Assembly: GCA_018895015.1 (NCBI GenBank)
Contig: JAHIOX010000015.1
Span: 11,533-75,532, forward strand
Length of the DNA: 64,000 nucleotides
DNA from: Patescibacteria group bacterium
GTDB lineage: Bacteria > Patescibacteriota > Minisyncoccia > UBA9983
Reading direction: 5' to 3'
The position numbers and the translations under genes were made by a program. Of this stretch, positions 61,437 through 64,000 are shown piece after piece. The notes under the pieces are model-generated. The model searched no databases. It was not told the DNA's origin and saw only the letters and a program-made list of their open reading frames with translations. How positions within the stretch are numbered: the first letter of the stretch is position 1; each line of letters opens with the position of its first letter.

Positions 61437-62219
61437 CTATTTTACTTCCATTATTCTTAATTTGCCTTTTTCGTCTTCAACCAAATTTTCTTCCAATTTT
61501 TCTAAATCCAAAAGCTTTTTCGAATTTTTCCCAATCTCGCCGCGCAACATCTCAAACTCTTCTTTTGAAATTCCCTCGGTTTCAAAGTTCCGAAATAAAT
61601 AAAAAAAACGCAAATAATCATCGGCAGGCAGTTGAAACTTATGCGCCGTTGAAAGGTCGCTATATCTGTAATAATCATATTTTTCAAGATAACCGTGCTT
61701 TTTCCTGATTTCATCTTCTAAAATTTGATCATTTCTATTCATTTCCGCAATATAATATTCAAGATATCCGGTTAAATACTTAAGAGTCTCTATCGTTTTT
61801 TTGTAAGAATCTGTTTCTTTTATTTTATCAATATCCTTGCCTTCTCTTTTATAGCGCTCATATCTGTTAGCTTGCCCGAAAATATCATGAAAAAAATTTC
61901 TGACAATATGTTTCAAATTGCTTCTTTTAATCTTTGACAAAGAATAGTCGCTTTCAAACCTAATTTTTATTTTCTCTTTCAAAATCTCAACATTGTCAAT
62001 TAAAAATTTTTTCTCATCTTCGCCAAGATTAATATCTTTTGCCGCAAACTCGCTTGAAAACTCGCCGCTTATAAATTCTTTGGCGTTATCCAATGTTTCC
62101 GTAATTGTTTCCCCTTTGCCTTTTTCCTCCGGCTCTTTCAGCTCCTGTTCAATCAAAATTCTTTTAATTTCTTCCTGCTCTCTCGCTTTATTCAATTGTT
62201 CATAAGAACCTAAAGCCAT
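61437..62219 (-). CDS. Coiled-coil/acidic hypothetical protein
   Basis: 260 aa, E/K-rich. No recognised domain. Confidence 0.4.
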   Translation of the reverse strand: MALGSYEQLNKAREQEEIKRILIEQELKEPEEKGKGETITETLDNAKEFISGEFSSEFAAKDINLGEDEKKFLIDNVEILKEKIKIRFESDYSLSKIKRSNLKHIVRNFFHDIFGQANRYERYKREGKDIDKIKETDSYKKTIETLKYLTGYLEYYIAEMNRNDQILEDEIRKKHGYLEKYDYYRYSDLSTAHKFQLPADDYLRFFYLFRNFETEGISKEEFEMLRGEIGKNSKKLLDLEKLEENLVEDEKGKLRIMEVK

Positions 62220-62281
62220 ATTAATGCAAACTTAAATTACGACAAGCAAATTGCCGCGCCGTTAAAATAAAAAATTATAAT

Positions 62282-62530
62282 CTACCCTTCTTCTCTGAAA
62301 ACTTTCGCGCCTTCGTGCGTTTTCCGCTCAACCTTTACGGCAACCTCTTCTCCTGCTTCGCCAAATTGAATCGCCTGGCGCTCAACTTCCATGGATTCAA
62401 TCTTTTGGACAAACTCGTCGTCTGCGTAAATGAATTTCACAATATCGCCAACGCTAAGCTTATCGTTAAGCCGAATAACAGCCACCATCGCCTTGTCAAA
62501 ATAATGGATTACTTTGCCTATTTGTTCCAT
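62282..62530 (-). CDS. Small hypothetical protein (beta-barrel-like)
   Basis: 82 aa. No signature identified. Confidence 0.3.
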   Translation of the reverse strand: MEQIGKVIHYFDKAMVAVIRLNDKLSVGDIVKFIYADDEFVQKIESMEVERQAIQFGEAGEEVAVKVERKTHEGAKVFREEG

Positions 62531-62614
62531 ATAATTAAGTATTGGCTACTTAATAACTCGACCTGCTTTAATAATACAGGAAAACAAAAAAAGCAAAAGC
62601 CCGATTAAAAAAAC

Positions 62615-62701
62615 TGGTGCGCGGGAGAGGATTTGAACCTCCACGCCCTTGCGGACACCAGCCCCTCAAGCTGGCCTGTCTACCAATTTCAGCACCCGCG
62701 C
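62615..62701 (-). tRNA. tRNA-Leu (anticodon GAG), type II with long variable arm, CCA encoded
   Basis: Reverse complement GCGCGGGTGCTGAAATTGGTAGACAGGCCAGCTTGAGGGGCTGGTGTCCGCAAGGGCGTGGAGGTTCAAATCCTCTCCCGCGCACCA. Confidence 0.8.
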
Positions 62702-62704
62702 GGA

Positions 62705-63115
62705 TTATTCTTTTATCTCTGCTTTGTCTTCTTTGTTCTCTCCTGCCCCTGTCGCTTCCTCAACCATTTCTTTTTTCTCAAAAATTCTTATCTGTTTCAT
62801 TTTTTTCCTAATTTCTTTCGCCGCTTTTCCGCGCACATAATAAAGCTTGGCGCGCCTAGCCTTAGATTTTTTCACTAAATCCACTTTTTCAATATTTGGA
62901 GAAAATAACGGGAAAATTCTTTCAACTCCTATGCCTCCGGAGATTTTTCGAACGGTAAAAGTCGCGCCAGGCTCGCAGCCGTGCTTATGCGCGATAATAA
63001 GGCCTTCAAAAGCCTGAAGCCGAGTTTTATCCCCTTCTTTTATCTTTTGCCAAACCTTAACAGTATTACCGGGCTCAATTTTCCATTTTCCCCTTTGCTC
63101 AATATTAACTGACAT
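62705..63115 (-). CDS. rplS: 50S ribosomal protein L19 (with K/E-rich C-terminal extension)
   Basis: L19 core ([19 protein letters not shown]...[21 protein letters not shown]). Confidence 0.85.
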   Translation of the reverse strand: MSVNIEQRGKWKIEPGNTVKVWQKIKEGDKTRLQAFEGLIIAHKHGCEPGATFTVRKISGGIGVERIFPLFSPNIEKVDLVKKSKARRAKLYYVRGKAAKEIRKKMKQIRIFEKKEMVEEATGAGENKEDKAEIKE

Positions 63116-63136
63116 AACGATTAATAATCTAACATA

Positions 63137-63856
63137 TTATTTTTCCTTCCGCAATCCCTCTAAAAAATTTTCCATGCCAAAAGGCAAATCAGCCTCGATT
63201 CTCGCCAAAGAACCGTTTGGCAAAACAAGCTCAAGATAATTCGCGTGAAGAAAATGCTGTTTTATTTCTGAAGGGCAAAACGCGTTTTTAAATCCGTATA
63301 ACTTGTCGCAAACAATCGGATGTCCAATTTCCCTAAAATGAACTCTTATCTGATGCGTTCTGCCGGTTTTTGGAAAAACTTCAACAAGCGTATATTCAGG
63401 AAATTTTTTAATAATTTTATATTCGGTAATGGCTTCACGGATTTTGCCGGTTATTTCTCCACCCGCGACACGCTTACGGAAATCTTTTTTGCTTTTGGCA
63501 ATCGGCAATTCAATCACGCCTGATTTCGCGCCACCGGGCGGCTTTACATCGCCATGCACCAATGCGATATATTTTTTCTTTATTTTCCTATTTTGAAATT
63601 GCAATTTCAAATATTCAAACGCGCGCTGATTTTTTGCAATCAACAAAACGCCGCTTGTGTCTTTATCCAAACGATGAACAATGCCGGGGCGAAGCTCGGG
63701 TAAATCACCGACATTTTTTACTTCCGGATATTTTTCAACCAGCCAATCAACAAGAGTTTTTTCATGTGTTTTTAGCGCGGGATGGACCAAAAGGCCTGCC
63801 GGCTTATTTATGGCTAGAATGTCTTTGTCTTCGTAGATTATTTTTATATCCTCCAT
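63137..63856 (-). CDS. rluD: RluA-family 23S rRNA pseudouridine synthase (RluD-like)
   Basis: Catalytic motif HRLDKDTSGVLLIAKN. RluA family conserved core. Confidence 0.85.
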   Translation of the reverse strand: MEDIKIIYEDKDILAINKPAGLLVHPALKTHEKTLVDWLVEKYPEVKNVGDLPELRPGIVHRLDKDTSGVLLIAKNQRAFEYLKLQFQNRKIKKKYIALVHGDVKPPGGAKSGVIELPIAKSKKDFRKRVAGGEITGKIREAITEYKIIKKFPEYTLVEVFPKTGRTHQIRVHFREIGHPIVCDKLYGFKNAFCPSEIKQHFLHANYLELVLPNGSLARIEADLPFGMENFLEGLRKEK

Positions 63857-63861
63857 TCCAA

Positions 63862-63910
63862 TGGGCGGTATAGGACTCGAACCTATGACCTTCTCGGCTT
63901 GCCCCGTTAG
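63862..63910 (-). other. tRNA-like 3' fragment (T-arm + acceptor 3' strand + discriminator) lacking a 5' half
   Basis: Reverse complement CTAACGGGGCAAGCCGAGAAGGTCATAGGTTCGAGTCCTATACCGCCCA. Clean T-arm ATAGG-TTCGAGT-CCTAT and acceptor ACCGCCC-A, but no complementary GGGCGGT upstream. 8 nt downstream of tRNA-Val(TAC). Confidence 0.4.
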
Positions 63911-63918
63911 ATTTTTTG

Positions 63919-63992
63919 TGGACGATGCAGGATTCGAACCTGCGGCCTTCTCGGTGTAAACGAGACGCTCTAACCAACTGAGCTAATCGTCC
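63919..63992 (-). tRNA. tRNA-Val (anticodon TAC)
   Basis: Reverse complement GGACGATTAGCTCAGTTGGTTAGAGCGTCTCGTTTACACCGAGAAGGCCGCAGGTTCGAATCCTGCATCGTCCA. Anticodon loop TTTACAC. Confidence 0.85.
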
Positions 63993-64000
63993 ATGAAATC

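Noticed and set aside
63862-63992. Reading tRNA-Val(TAC) plus the downstream fragment as one long, intron-containing or permuted tRNA (or a two-piece tmRNA)
   Set aside because: tRNA-Val(TAC) folds completely on its own with a proper acceptor stem. The fragment's acceptor (ACCGCCC) cannot pair with any 5' sequence nearby. No tmRNA tag-reading frame or pseudoknot region is present.

Overview
AT-rich, densely coding bacterial window, mostly transcribed on the minus strand. By inference it comes from a small-genome, Candidate Phyla Radiation (Patescibacteria)-like organism: the 16S carries a 515F-site variant, the rRNA genes are unlinked, and there are many short housekeeping genes plus numerous coiled-coil and hypothetical surface proteins. 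Content: 16S rRNA with a downstream tRNA-Ile (5.6-7.5 kb) driven by a consensus sigma70 promoter, and 23S+5S (18.7-22.0 kb) 11 kb away. There are eight tRNAs (Ile-GAT, Val-CAC, Ala-CGC, Pro-CGG, His-GTG with G-1, Leu-GAG, Val-TAC) and one tRNA-like 3' fragment. Housekeeping genes include murB, secD/secF, folD, glyA, ftsW/rodA, rplJ/rplL, nrdD/nrdG, efp, hypC/D/E plus a truncated hypF, rpsR-ssb-rpsF, pgm, tatD, metG, glyQS, recO, ileS, argS, tmk, rplK-nusG-secE, rplS and rluD. Accessory content includes two paralogous VirD4/TraG-like P-loop ATPases, a RelE/ParE toxin-antitoxin pair, a DUF559 endonuclease cassette bracketed by 100-bp direct repeats, a GC-rich foreign-looking gene upstream of a NYN-domain nuclease gene, and a divergent ThyA-family enzyme next to tmk. 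The most unusual signal is a family of 39-50 bp near-perfect palindromes inserted in-frame inside seven conserved genes (glycosyltransferase, secF, folD, glyA, tatD, metG, ileS). They fall into two subfamilies that differ by compensatory changes preserving the palindrome. A second oddity is that the 16S 3' tail lacks the CCUCC anti-Shine-Dalgarno, although several genes carry perfect GGAGGTG Shine-Dalgarno sites.
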